IMG/VR virus record: IMGVR_UViG_2595698877_000001 | Coordinates: 4,381 to 68,380 of that record | Source of the DNA: a virus | Lineage: Duplodnaviria; Heunggongvirae; Uroviricota; Caudoviricetes; Herelleviridae | Length of the DNA stretch: 64,000 nucleotides | Strand: one strand, 5' to 3' | Part shown: one piece after another, positions 1-8,781 of the stretch | How the letters are laid out: each line of letters opens with the position of its first letter | Numbering within the stretch: position 1 is the stretch's first letter | Program-made: the position numbers and the translations under genes | Notes under the pieces: model-generated | The model's input: only the letters and a program-made list of their open reading frames with translations | Told to the model about the DNA's origin: nothing | Database searches by the model: none

Positions 1-73
1 TTTCGGAGCAATGAATATACTATATTGTATTATTTGCATGTATAGATACAATGAGTGAAGGAGAAGCGACCTG

Positions 74-259
74 TTATAGTCGCTCTACGAACCAAAACGC
101 AATATGTATGATTAGCGCTACTCCTGTAGTGGCACATATAACGGCATGTAACATGAACCTACCTACAGTGTACTTACGTATATGTGAGAATCCATCGAAT
201 AACTTATATGTTGACCAGATGAATGCGAATACAATTGTAATAAGGAATACTATCTCCAT
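74..259 (-). CDS. small membrane protein (2 predicted TM helices)
   Basis: 61-aa ORF with two hydrophobic stretches; SD AGGAGAG upstream. Confidence 0.7.
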   Translation of the reverse strand: MEIVFLITIVFAFIWSTYKLFDGFSHIRKYTVGRFMLHAVICATTGVALIIHIAFWFVERL

Positions 260-271
260 ATGAATCTCTCC

Positions 272-718
272 TTAACCTCGTAGTTTATTTCCTAATTTAT
301 CGAAGTATGTATATGTGGCTTTGTCATAGTCGTCGATAAACCCGTAGACAGTATTTCTACCTAACTCATATGTATAGAAACGTCCCTCACCATCTTCATA
401 TAAATAGTATTTATTCTCCTTGAGTACCTTAGGATTCTTTTTAGCTAAGTCTATAATACGCCATAATAACGGTGTTTGACCATTGTGTTTTTTCTTAATC
501 TTTCGCAACTTCTTCTGTAGTCTGTAGTTACCTACTAATGTTTTCTTATATGTATGTTTAAGGTTGATTAAGGTCACTGTATGGAATGATGCATCTAAGT
601 CCTCAAGACCTCTGTAAAACGCTTCTACATCTTTGATTGGTTCGTTCTTAATTGTTTTCCCTTTCGTTTTAACCCCTAAACCTTTATAAAGCTGTCTTAC
701 GCGTGTATGTCTTGTCAT
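272..718 (-). CDS. hypothetical early protein, MTRHTR-tag family member 1
   Basis: 148 aa; SD AGGAGGG; N-terminus MTRHTRVRQLYK. Confidence 0.85.
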   Translation of the reverse strand: MTRHTRVRQLYKGLGVKTKGKTIKNEPIKDVEAFYRGLEDLDASFHTVTLINLKHTYKKTLVGNYRLQKKLRKIKKKHNGQTPLLWRIIDLAKKNPKVLKENKYYLYEDGEGRFYTYELGRNTVYGFIDDYDKATYTYFDKLGNKLRG

Positions 719-730
719 TTTAATTCCCTC

Positions 731-910
731 CTAATTTATGAACATATAATCGATATAGCCTACTATGTAAAGCATAGATATAAGAAAGCAAGTGAGTACG
801 ATAGCAAAGTGAATTATATCGTACTCTTGTGGTCTATCTACCATATCTTGCATAGCAACTAGCCCTAAAACGAGTATAACTACGAATATTAATAAAGCTA
901 TATGTATCAT
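731..910 (-). CDS. small membrane protein (59 aa, not in ORF track)
   Basis: Manual translation MIHIALLIFVVILVLGLVAMQDMVDRPQEYDIIHFAIVLTCFLIYALHSRLYRLYVHKL; fills the gap between flanking genes with a 4-nt overlap. Confidence 0.65.
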   Translation of the reverse strand: MIHIALLIFVVILVLGLVAMQDMVDRPQEYDIIHFAIVLTCFLISMLYIVGYIDYMFIN

Positions 911-1704
911 TGTTTTGCTTCTCTATTCTTCTTTTCTATTTGTTTATGTAGATATGCTGTATGTGCATTATCTTGTGTTGTGAACAATTGAACTGGAGCT
1001 GTATCGTGTAATGCAACTTCGAATAGCGTGTCATTGTTGAAGATTAATGTTTCTAGCTCGTTTACCTCGTTATCCTTATTAACAGGTGCCGCAGAGAATA
1101 CTTCTAGAGTAACGCCTAATACTTTATATTTTTGTGTCAGAGTACCATACGTTTTGTCAGATTCGTGATACAGTTTACCATAGAAGATATCCCCAGCTTT
1201 GGGTTTTCCTCTCCATAGTTCATTCTCCATTACTAGTTTCTCTCTATATGTAAGTGCTTTTTCTTTTGAATACCCTTTTTTATAGTCTAAAAACGGTTGT
1301 CGCATCATATCTTTTACAGAGAATAGGTACATTTCGTCACGATATAAGTATGGGTGTCTATCTCTGTGTGCTGGTTCTGCAATGAACGTATCTTTCTCTT
1401 CATTGATGCTCGTTACTTCTACTTTCATGCAATTCCAATCCAGATGTGGTTCTCCTCCTATTACATCACATTTATATAGGATATCTCCTACCTCGATTGG
1501 GAATGGCTCTCTTACTTTCACTTCTTCTTTCACTTCTGGTTCCTCCTCTTGTGTAACCTCTTCTTTTTGTTCTTTTTGTTCTTCTGGTTCTGGGACTTCA
1601 TTTTTTTCTAATTCTACAAATATAGTATCGAGTTGCTTCTCTTCCGGTTCTACACCAAACACTTTTTTAAGTCTAGCAAATACATCTACCACATCGTCAC
1701 CCAC
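907..1704 (-). CDS. hypothetical protein with acidic N-terminal linker and two small beta-barrel-like repeats
   Basis: 265 aa; E-rich stretch then IEVGDILY... and PKAGDIFY... motifs. Confidence 0.8.
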   Translation of the reverse strand: MGDDVVDVFARLKKVFGVEPEEKQLDTIFVELEKNEVPEPEEQKEQKEEVTQEEEPEVKEEVKVREPFPIEVGDILYKCDVIGGEPHLDWNCMKVEVTSINEEKDTFIAEPAHRDRHPYLYRDEMYLFSVKDMMRQPFLDYKKGYSKEKALTYREKLVMENELWRGKPKAGDIFYGKLYHESDKTYGTLTQKYKVLGVTLEVFSAAPVNKDNEVNELETLIFNNDTLFEVALHDTAPVQLFTTQDNAHTAYLHKQIEKKNREAKQ

Positions 1705-1937
1705 TCTCTACTACCGTGTTTTGATACTAGCGTGTCCATATACTCTTGTGTTGTCTCTTCGTGGAAGTTAGTTTCTGCATACTCTATACAATCTACGAAC
1801 AAGTTCTCTAATTCCCTGTCATTTACACCTTGTACCATTAACCATTCTTCTATGTACTCTTTCTTCTCTCGTGCCTCTGCGAATAACTTAGCTGCATCTT
1901 TAATCGCATCTGCTACATCAATCGGTAATTGCCTCAT
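1686..1937 (-). CDS. hypothetical protein
   Basis: 83-aa ORF, SD GGGGGA, operon context. Confidence 0.75.
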   Translation of the reverse strand: MRQLPIDVADAIKDAAKLFAEAREKKEYIEEWLMVQGVNDRELENLFVDCIEYAETNFHEETTQEYMDTLVSKHGSREWVTMW

Positions 1938-1948
1938 TTTAGTTCCCC

Positions 1949-2251
1949 CTATGATTTTATATCGTATCCGAAGTATAGATTTAAGCTTCGTAATTGCATC
2001 TCCTCTGTAATTATACCATGATAGTAGTCTAAATTACTAGAATATATTTCTATTTCTTTACCTTTAAACCACAGTCTAACATCGCTACCAAATACAAAGT
2101 GTACACGTAATACTTCCCCATATAGCTCGTGGTTCTTATCAGATACTATGTACCATTTAGAATAGTCATTTATCCATACGGCTTCTCCATCAAAGTTCCG
2201 GACGTACTCCTTAAATTGATGTGACATGTCTGTATCTAGTATATCTAACAT
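1949..2251 (-). CDS. hypothetical protein
   Basis: 100-aa ORF, SD GGAGGT. Confidence 0.8.
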   Translation of the reverse strand: MLDILDTDMSHQFKEYVRNFDGEAVWINDYSKWYIVSDKNHELYGEVLRVHFVFGSDVRLWFKGKEIEIYSSNLDYYHGIITEEMQLRSLNLYFGYDIKS

Positions 2252-2260
2252 GTTTACCTC

Positions 2261-2425
2261 CTATAAGTTATTAATAACCTTTTCGTATTCTTTACTCCAT
2301 GTATTGCAGTACACGTATACAGATTGAGCCATTCGATACTTATCTAGTTCACCTGCTAAGAATGATTGGTACTTCTTCTTTAATTCTAGTAAGGCTGCTG
2401 CATGTTGCAGTTCATTCATCTCCAT
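2261..2425 (-). CDS. hypothetical protein (54 aa, not in ORF track)
   Basis: Manual translation MEMNELQHAAALLELKKKYQSFLAGELDKYRMAQSVYVYCNTWSKEYEKVINNL; SD GGAGGAGG. Confidence 0.7.
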   Translation of the reverse strand: MEMNELQHAAALLELKKKYQSFLAGELDKYRMAQSVYVYCNTWSKEYEKVINNL

Positions 2426-2585
2426 TGTTCTCCTCCTCCATCATTTTAAGAATGCGTCTATACGCTCGTAACTCTCCAACCCATCGGTTATAACAGGCGA
2501 TATGTAATGGCGATACCAATCTATCTCTGTCTTCTTTCAATACTTCTTCTATACATGTAATAGACAATTTTAGTTTCTCAATCAT
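2412..2585 (-). CDS. hypothetical protein (57 aa, not in ORF track)
   Basis: Manual translation MIEKLKLSITCIEEVLKEDRDRLVSPLHIACYNRWVGELRAYRRILKMMEEENNGDE; TAATG coupling with the upstream gene. Confidence 0.65.
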   Translation of the reverse strand: MIEKLKLSITCIEEVLKEDRDRLVSPLHIACYNRWVGELRAYRRILKMMEEENNGDE

Positions 2586-2944
2586 TATTCTTTTTCCTTA
2601 ACTTTACAAGCCCAAGAAATATGATTCGTACTAACGCTAGATTCAATATCGTAGTTATCGCCTGTGTAAATCGTTACAAAACGCTCTGCACTTAGTAGAG
2701 CAGTTAATGAAGGATAACCAGCTAAATCGACAATACCTGTATTATGAACCCATTTATCTTCATAGTTATAATTGATTTTCATCATACCTTCTTTAATTAC
2801 TTCCTCTTCCTCGTGCATATAATCTAGATAACATGCGTCTTTATCACTTGTTACATTTGCATCATAGATAACGCCTTTACTTATTTTCTTATTCAGAATA
2901 TCTTGATGCTTTTCAAAGCAGTCTTGACAAACTCTTACGTACAT
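2585..2944 (-). CDS. hypothetical protein (CxxC; possible second in-frame start at 2785)
   Basis: 119-aa ORF; internal AAGAAGGT-ATG. Confidence 0.7.
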   Translation of the reverse strand: MYVRVCQDCFEKHQDILNKKISKGVIYDANVTSDKDACYLDYMHEEEEVIKEGMMKINYNYEDKWVHNTGIVDLAGYPSLTALLSAERFVTIYTGDNYDIESSVSTNHISWACKVKEKE

Positions 2945-2945
2945 C

Positions 2946-3221
2946 TTAACCCCTCCATCTCTTAATCTCGTCTGCTACTGTCTTCCACTTTCCTTCACCC
3001 ATACCTTTTGTCCATTTAATCTTTCTAGGTATTGCTCCGATTAGTGTATACCCATCCTCATCCACTTCTATTTTACCTTCTTCTACAGCCTGTGCAAATT
3101 CGGTAAATGCATCTGCTACGTCTAATAGGAATGATTGGTCATCTTCTGTTGTAAGTAGTTGGCTTATAATGAACAGTCTATAGAATTTATGCCAATCTCT
3201 AAGGGACTCCAATTCGTTCAC
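2946..3221 (-). CDS. hypothetical protein
   Basis: 91-aa ORF, tightly packed operon. Confidence 0.75.
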   Translation of the reverse strand: MNELESLRDWHKFYRLFIISQLLTTEDDQSFLLDVADAFTEFAQAVEEGKIEVDEDGYTLIGAIPRKIKWTKGMGEGKWKTVADEIKRWRG

Positions 3222-3222
3222 C

Positions 3223-3411
3223 CTAACCCCTCCAATTCGTTTCTGTATCTACGCAAACCTTTAAGTTCTTCTGTAACATCTCGTAAAACTTATCCTCATC
3301 AACCTGTATGTACTGATATCCTTTATCCGTTTGGACTTCGATACGAACTTCATTATCGAATCCGGTTCCTGTTACATTGACGTATCCACCCCATAAATCA
3401 TTTTTAACCAT
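3223..3411 (-). CDS. hypothetical protein
   Basis: 62-aa ORF with SD. Confidence 0.75.
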   Translation of the reverse strand: MVKNDLWGGYVNVTGTGFDNEVRIEVQTDKGYQYIQVDEDKFYEMLQKNLKVCVDTETNWRG

Positions 3412-3423
3412 TATTTTCCCTCC

Positions 3424-3645
3424 TTATTTAACATCTACTACTCTGAAAAATCCGCTTGTTCTTGGCGCAAATGTAACAAAGTGACCAAACTCGTCATCTG
3501 TCTTGTATGGACTCCACCATTCAAAAGTCTTGTCTATAAACAAATTTGTTTTATTCCCCTCTACAATAACGATAGTATCTTCTGAAATGATGCTTCTTTC
3601 TCCAGTAGCTTTCACCATTTGTCTATTACGTGTATGTCTAGTCAT
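3424..3645 (-). CDS. hypothetical early protein, MTRHTR-tag family member 2 (start corrected to 3645)
   Basis: ATG at 3645 overlaps the stop of the upstream gene; N-terminus MTRHTRNRQMVK; 73 aa. Confidence 0.8.
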   Translation of the reverse strand: MTRHTRNRQMVKATGERSIISEDTIVIVEGNKTNLFIDKTFEWWSPYKTDDEFGHFVTFAPRTSGFFRVVDVK

Positions 3646-3910
3646 TTCCAATCCCCCATGAATTTTTAACTTCATACCGCTCGTTAAATAATAGTGTGTA
3701 ATCACCTTCACCGTTTTTAAATAAACTTTGAATCATTTTCTCTCGGTGAAGTATGTCGTCTTTCAAATCTGCGATAATACGCTTCTGTACGTTCATTCTA
3801 GCAGCTTTATCCTCGTAACAACTCTTACAAAGCACTTCATATCCGAACGCCATCCATATATTCTGCTTACGTACATCTTTATTGCAGCATTCACAACATA
3901 GTTCCATCAC
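3638..3910 (-). CDS. small zinc-finger-like protein
   Basis: CCECC...CKSC pattern, 90 aa. Confidence 0.75.
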   Translation of the reverse strand: MMELCCECCNKDVRKQNIWMAFGYEVLCKSCYEDKAARMNVQKRIIADLKDDILHREKMIQSLFKNGEGDYTLLFNERYEVKNSWGIGND

Positions 3911-4095
3911 TCATACCCCTTTTCTCGTAACATAATCGCATGTATCGCTTCTAATACCTGATAAGATAGTTCCTTGTCCCCTTTTAATCGTTCAAACGGT
4001 ACATCTGCTAAAATTACAATACCTGCATACCAGAATGTGAACCCATCTTCATTTACAGTGAACGAAACTAAATCATCTAGTTCTATCATTCTCAA
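3907..4095 (-). CDS. hypothetical protein
   Basis: 62-aa ORF, coupled overlaps on both sides. Confidence 0.65.
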   Translation of the reverse strand: MRMIELDDLVSFTVNEDGFTFWYAGIVILADVPFERLKGDKELSYQVLEAIHAIMLREKGYE

Positions 4096-4282
4096 TCATC
4101 CCTTCTATTACTAGAATTGCCATCCCATACGCAGTAGCGCTACCTGCATGCATACCTTTATATAGTATTCTCTCTTCACGCTCTGTAAGTGTCGAGTTAT
4201 CAATATCATTATAATACTCAAGTAATTTTTCTTGTCTTTCGCATTTTCTATCTAACCTCTTAATAAGCTCATTAGCGTCCAC
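4073..4282 (-). CDS. hypothetical protein (GTG start at 4282)
   Basis: SD GGGGAGG before GTG; 69 aa. Confidence 0.7.
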   Translation of the reverse strand: MDANELIKRLDRKCERQEKLLEYYNDIDNSTLTEREERILYKGMHAGSATAYGMAILVIEGMIENDRTR

Positions 4283-4385
4283 GTTTCTTCCTCCCCTTCT
4301 TGTCCTCTTTATATCTATCACGAGCATACAAGAGGTCTAGTATGCATCCTATAAGCTCTAGTACACACTCTATTAATGTATGCAT
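4272..4385 (-). CDS. very small hypothetical protein (37 aa, not in track)
   Basis: MHTLIECVLELIGCILDLLYARDRYKEDKKGRKKRGR; SD GAGGGG. Confidence 0.5.
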   Translation of the reverse strand: MHTLIECVLELIGCILDLLYARDRYKEDKKGRKKRGR

Positions 4386-4389
4386 CTTA

Positions 4390-4578
4390 TTACCCCTCTT
4401 CTATGATGCCGCTAATTCGCATTTCTTTAAAGAAGTCCGCTTTAGTCATACTCACAGCGCCTATTAGCTCCCATTCTCTCATAATACTAATCTCTATCAT
4501 TCCATTGTCATATAAGTCGATATCTACCCAATCCCCTTCTTTAGTATTGGCGTATAATCGCGCTGTTTTATCTATCAT
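4390..4578 (-). CDS. hypothetical protein (start corrected to 4578)
   Basis: SD GGAAG before ATG; 62 aa. Confidence 0.7.
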   Translation of the reverse strand: MIDKTARLYANTKEGDWVDIDLYDNGMIEISIMREWELIGAVSMTKADFFKEMRISGIIEEG

Positions 4579-4696
4579 CTTCTTCCATTCTCCTTTCATC
4601 CTCGGCATAGATACAAGGGAAGCATATCACCTTGTCATCCCATATTATACCACTACTTACTAGACCACCGCAATCCCAACATTGCTCGACATCCAT
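4568..4696 (-). CDS. small CxxC-CxxC zinc-ribbon protein (42 aa, not in track)
   Basis: MDVEQCWDCGGLVSSGIIWDDKVICFPCIYAEDERRMEEDDR; SD AGGAGG. Confidence 0.65.
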   Translation of the reverse strand: MDVEQCWDCGGLVSSGIIWDDKVICFPCIYAEDERRMEEDDR

Positions 4697-4698
4697 AT

Positions 4699-4935
4699 TT
4701 ATTTCCTCCTAAATAAGTTTGTAAATCCAATCCAGTAGTTATATACAGTTAACTCCGCTTCCATATCTAATATCATTTCCTGTATTTCACGCCATGTACT
4801 ACCTAGTGGGTGGAAGCTTTGATACATATTACTACATCTCCACTCCCCACCGAACGGTATATCTTCTGGTATTCCGTATTTCTCTTTCCTAACCTTTCGA
4901 ATAGCCACATCTATGTCGATATATGGCTTCTTCAT
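4699..4935 (-). CDS. hypothetical protein
   Basis: 78 aa; SD GGAGGAGG. Confidence 0.75.
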   Translation of the reverse strand: MKKPYIDIDVAIRKVRKEKYGIPEDIPFGGEWRCSNMYQSFHPLGSTWREIQEMILDMEAELTVYNYWIGFTNLFRRK

Positions 4936-5098
4936 TCCTCCTCCGTTCTCTCGTCTATTCTGTCGATGTAGTCTCCTAGTTGTTCTGATGTAATAATGTC
5001 TGCGTGATACAGCTCATGTAATGCTAGTGTTAATGTGTGTGCTTTTTCTACAGTAAACAGGTTATTCATAAATATCTCTCCTTTGTTGGTCATTTCTA

Positions 5099-5473
5099 TT
5101 ACAAATCGAAGTCATATAGGTTTTTAATACGGCTACGGAGTCGGTACAGCTCGTCCAACTGCGCTTCATACCTAATGTATGTTAGATACTCGAAAGCCGT
5201 GTGCTGGTTTTCTGTGACGTTATTTTCTATTACTTTCTGCTTCTTCTCTTTGAGTTCTATTTCATTCTCGATGTCGAAGATAATGTTTACACTTGTATTA
5301 TATAAATAGTATAACGTCTCTAATACTGCTTCTGATTCTACAATTTCTTTGAATGCATGAGCTTTACGTAAGTGATGTGATTCTAATACGTATCTCTCTT
5401 GAATCTTCGCTTTCTCGTAAAATTCTATTCTCTCTTCCATTATGTTTGCAATTTCTTTTACTTGTTGAGCCAT
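5099..5473 (-). CDS. hypothetical helical protein
   Basis: 124-aa ORF. Confidence 0.75.
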   Translation of the reverse strand: MAQQVKEIANIMEERIEFYEKAKIQERYVLESHHLRKAHAFKEIVESEAVLETLYYLYNTSVNIIFDIENEIELKEKKQKVIENNVTENQHTAFEYLTYIRYEAQLDELYRLRSRIKNLYDFDL

Positions 5474-5476
5474 TTC

Positions 5477-5752
5477 TTACCACCCTTTCGTTTTAACTGG
5501 GAACCATGTACCGTATGTATCTTCATTACCGCCGAACTCTACCACGTTAAACGTACCTTTTTTAGTTAGCCATCCCCAACCTTCGAAATTACGGTGCCAT
5601 TTAAAAGTTGCATCTAAAGTTCCGGTAGATGTTTTTTCTATTCGACGCATACTTTCGATAGGCATGTTACGAAACTCTTTCCACTTCTTTTTCCATTTAC
5701 TTTTGTTTTTATTAAGCTTGTCCATTTGTCGGTTACGTGTGTATCTTGTCAT
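5477..5752 (-). CDS. hypothetical early protein, MTRHTR-tag family member 3
   Basis: N-terminus MTRYTRNRQMDK; SD GAGGAGG; 91 aa. Confidence 0.85.
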   Translation of the reverse strand: MTRYTRNRQMDKLNKNKSKWKKKWKEFRNMPIESMRRIEKTSTGTLDATFKWHRNFEGWGWLTKKGTFNVVEFGGNEDTYGTWFPVKTKGW

Positions 5753-6399
5753 TAAATTTCCTCCTCTAAGTTAATCACATGCTCTCTTAAACATACAGGT
5801 GTAACTTCGGACTCTTCTACTTCTCGTTGCATTTCTTGTTCATTTCCGTCTCTGTCATCGACAACAAATCGAATTAACAACATTTGATACTTGCTTCCGT
5901 AACAATCTCGCTTATACTCGCCTATAACCTCCGCTAAACGCTTTCCGTATTTCACAATATCTCCTCTAACATACTCTTGTTTTCTACCTACTTTATTGAA
6001 TGCTAATTCTATTTTATGTGAACGAATTTCTTCATCTGCTAGTTTTACGAATGATGCTTTTTCTAAATGAATCCAGCTTGCGTATTCGTCGTTATCCCAG
6101 TGAGCAGAAACTCTATAACCGTCGTCGATGCTCGTTACCTTTCCTTTATACACTTTACCGTTCTCCGTAGCTGCTACCCATTGACCTACTTCCGGGATGA
6201 ACTTATATAAAGAAAACTCTTTTTCTAGTAACCAATTAAATGCAGCGTGGTATGTATGCCATCCTGTCTTACCCAACTTATTCATTAACTTTAGTTGTCC
6301 TTCTTCCATCTTAAACAGTACGTTCGGTGTCGTTGTTTCGAAAACAATCTCTCCATCCATTAAAGCGTCAATTGTTTGTTTATTTTTAAGTGTTGTCAT
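5752..6399 (-). CDS. hypothetical protein with tandem SH3/KOW-like segments
   Basis: 215 aa; PEVGQWV...GKV and VRGDIVKY...AEV motifs. Confidence 0.8.
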   Translation of the reverse strand: MTTLKNKQTIDALMDGEIVFETTTPNVLFKMEEGQLKLMNKLGKTGWHTYHAAFNWLLEKEFSLYKFIPEVGQWVAATENGKVYKGKVTSIDDGYRVSAHWDNDEYASWIHLEKASFVKLADEEIRSHKIELAFNKVGRKQEYVRGDIVKYGKRLAEVIGEYKRDCYGSKYQMLLIRFVVDDRDGNEQEMQREVEESEVTPVCLREHVINLEEEI

Positions 6400-6400
6400 T

Positions 6401-6814
6401 TTATAGTTCCCCTTTCACTTTCTCTTTAACTGTTATTTTTATGTATCTCAATTCAGATATAACCATGTTGCATGTAGCGTAATCTAGATAGTCTTCATAT
6501 AATAAAGTGCTAACTTTCGCCGCCTTTTCTATATGATTACGCGCGCTAACCTTATTTCTTATCAATCCATCTATTAACTGATTGATTTCTAAGTCCGTCG
6601 TTAATTTGCTAATGTCATATAATAAGAAGTTAAGCTCCTCGATACGTTTCTTATGTAGAGATATTCGTTTTAGGATACTTTCTTTATCTCTTAAGCTCCA
6701 CATATCTTCCCCTTCGTTAGCCGCAAACTCTTTCGTTAATGAATTAATACTAGATTGAATATTAACAACTCTTTCCTTAATCTCTTCTTCCATCATTACT
6801 TTTATCTCGTCCAT
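6401..6814 (-). CDS. hypothetical coiled-coil protein
   Basis: 137 aa, SD GAGGAGGT, first gene after an early promoter. Confidence 0.85.
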   Translation of the reverse strand: MDEIKVMMEEEIKERVVNIQSSINSLTKEFAANEGEDMWSLRDKESILKRISLHKKRIEELNFLLYDISKLTTDLEINQLIDGLIRNKVSARNHIEKAAKVSTLLYEDYLDYATCNMVISELRYIKITVKEKVKGEL

Positions 6815-6843
6815 ATGTATTACCTCCTCTTTGTTATACCTTT

Positions 6844-6872
6844 ATACTACACTACCTTTTACTTAAAGTCAA
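6844..6872 (-). promoter_or_regulatory. early sigma-A-type promoter
   Basis: TTGACT-17-TAGTAT with upstream A-tract. Confidence 0.8.
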
Positions 6873-6901
6873 CAAGTTTTTTAAGAAAAAGAGAGTATTT
6901 T

Positions 6902-7120
6902 CTACCCCCTTTTTAAACTTCTTTCATACTCTTCTTTTATAAGTTCTCTTCTAAGGTGTCTTGTCCATTCTGCTGCGCTTACCTCTCTATTACTTTCACA
7001 CTTAGGACAAAAAATTCTAACACGCGTCTGGTAAGCCCTACCTGTCCATTCTGGGTAAGAATCTACTTCAAAATACTTATGGTCACATCTTAGTATTTTA
7101 AACAAACTGAACATAATCAA
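6902..7120 (-). CDS. small zinc-ribbon protein
   Basis: CDH...CPKC motif, 72 aa. Confidence 0.75.
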   Translation of the reverse strand: MIMFSLFKILRCDHKYFEVDSYPEWTGRAYQTRVRIFCPKCESNREVSAAEWTRHLRRELIKEEYERSLKRG

Positions 7121-7123
7121 TCC

Positions 7124-7393
7124 CTACTTCCATGTTCTTACGTCAATAATTTTAAATATTCTAGCTTTCATAGCATCAAACGATTCCTTACCTGTAAGAT
7201 AAATTAAATTAGTCATTTTAACTTGGTGCCATCTACGCGGTGAGAACCACAAGAATCCTTTATCTAAGACTCCCATAGCCTTGTACACTTGTCTATTTTC
7301 CTCAATTGTAGGTGTTCGTAACATAATGCTATTGATTGTTGCTTGTTTAATGGTCGCCTTGTTTAGTTGTTTGTATCGCACATGTCTAGTCAT
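7124..7393 (-). CDS. hypothetical early protein, MTRHTR-tag family member 4
   Basis: N-terminus MTRHVRYKQLNK; SD GGAGAGGGAG; 89 aa. Confidence 0.85.
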   Translation of the reverse strand: MTRHVRYKQLNKATIKQATINSIMLRTPTIEENRQVYKAMGVLDKGFLWFSPRRWHQVKMTNLIYLTGKESFDAMKARIFKIIDVRTWK

Positions 7394-7734
7394 TAAAATT
7401 CTCCCTCTCCTAAATACGATTCGATTGTTTGCTTCAATTGTTCATTTTCCTCTTCCAAATCTTCTAATTGTTCTTCTAAATCACTTACTTCCCCACATAG
7501 TTCGTCATATGACTCTTCCAGTTCTCTAGCTCTAGATTCAAGGTCATCATATTGATTATCTAATTCTGATGCCTCCTCTTCGATTGATTTAGCTAATTCT
7601 TCCAGTTCCTCGTACATAACCGGAGATAACTTTTCTATATTGTTATTAATAAACATTTCTACTAACTCACCTAAAGCAGTACTTCGTGACTTAGCCTGAT
7701 ACACTTCTCTTCCGTTAATAATTAATCCGTCCAT
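7393..7734 (-). CDS. acidic coiled-coil protein
   Basis: Heptad repeats LEE..LE..; 113 aa. Confidence 0.85.
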   Translation of the reverse strand: MDGLIINGREVYQAKSRSTALGELVEMFINNNIEKLSPVMYEELEELAKSIEEEASELDNQYDDLESRARELEESYDELCGEVSDLEEQLEDLEEENEQLKQTIESYLGEGEF

Positions 7735-8144
7735 TATGCTTGCTCCTTTCTTTTCATTGCATGTTTATACCATAAGTTTTTTACATACGATTCCGCTATA
7801 GCATCATCTCCGGTTGTTTTCTTAACTTCTTCAATAAACTCTAGAACCATATGATGATAGTAGTATTTCAAGTCATCTAGCTCTTTGTTAGTTTTAGACA
7901 AGTTATTGATTAGCTCTTCCATCGATTGGTCATATTCATTCATTACTACGGAAGCTTGCTCATCTTTTTCCTTTTCTTGTTCCATGAATCTTACGCGTTG
8001 CTGCAACTGATTAACTTGGGCGCGAAGGTTTTTATTCTTTTCCCACATATCAGATTCACTTTGCGAAATAACTTCACCTAACTCCTTTTTAAGCGCTTTG
8101 TGATTCTCATTTATTACCGTCATTACTAATGCATCTGTTCTCAT
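7734..8144 (-). CDS. coiled-coil hypothetical protein
   Basis: 136 aa, TAATG coupling. Confidence 0.8.
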   Translation of the reverse strand: MRTDALVMTVINENHKALKKELGEVISQSESDMWEKNKNLRAQVNQLQQRVRFMEQEKEKDEQASVVMNEYDQSMEELINNLSKTNKELDDLKYYYHHMVLEFIEEVKKTTGDDAIAESYVKNLWYKHAMKRKEQA

Positions 8145-8722
8145 TATTCTTCCTCCTTAAGATTAGCTATTTCTTCTTCCCAAGCTACAGCTAGTCTTGC
8201 GTAATAATCCGCGTATTCTTCCGACTCTTTTAACTTCTTCTCGTATGTTTTGATGCGGTGAGCCTTAGTATGTTCGTCCCATTTCTTTTCTGCTTTCCAC
8301 ATATCACGCTGATTACCTTGATATTTGTAGATACCTAGACTTGTAACAACTTCTGCTTCGAACGCAGGAGCAATCCAGTCGCAACCATTCCCGCAGCATC
8401 GCTTAACCGGGTTGTATCCCTCATCTTCCGGTTTACAATCGCAGTAACCCCACATTCTGTCGTCAGGTAGCAGTTTAATGTCGTAACGTCGCCCTGTGTC
8501 ATGGATATACACTTGAATCGTCCCATCTGTATGCCCTCTTGTTCTATCCTTGTCATAGTCGATGTCGATACCATGTTCCTCCACATCTACTAAAAGAGTA
8601 GAAAGTACATCTGCATAATCTACCATGTTTTCATAGTGTCGGATAAGTGTTGCCATATCATCCGGTGATTCCCCTAAAATAAATTCTTTCAATTTACCAA
8701 AAAACTTTTCTCCAAATTGCAT
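8144..8722 (-). CDS. hypothetical Cys-rich phage protein
   Basis: 192 aa; WGYCDC...RCCGNGCDW motif. Confidence 0.85.
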   Translation of the reverse strand: MQFGEKFFGKLKEFILGESPDDMATLIRHYENMVDYADVLSTLLVDVEEHGIDIDYDKDRTRGHTDGTIQVYIHDTGRRYDIKLLPDDRMWGYCDCKPEDEGYNPVKRCCGNGCDWIAPAFEAEVVTSLGIYKYQGNQRDMWKAEKKWDEHTKAHRIKTYEKKLKESEEYADYYARLAVAWEEEIANLKEEE

Positions 8723-8781
8723 ATTTTGTTTCCCCCTTGTATATACTCTTAGTACAAACTTATTTAATTGTAAGTTATGTA

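Noticed and set aside
1382-1771. 129-aa Ser-rich plus-strand ORF (and similar plus-strand ORFs throughout 1-20 kb)
   Set aside because: Antisense shadows of Glu/Lys-rich minus-strand genes; no SD or promoter.
3646-3711. N-terminal extension of the 3424-3711 ORF given in the track
   Set aside because: It overlaps the upstream gene; the coupled ATG at 3645 giving the MTRHTR N-terminus is the better start.
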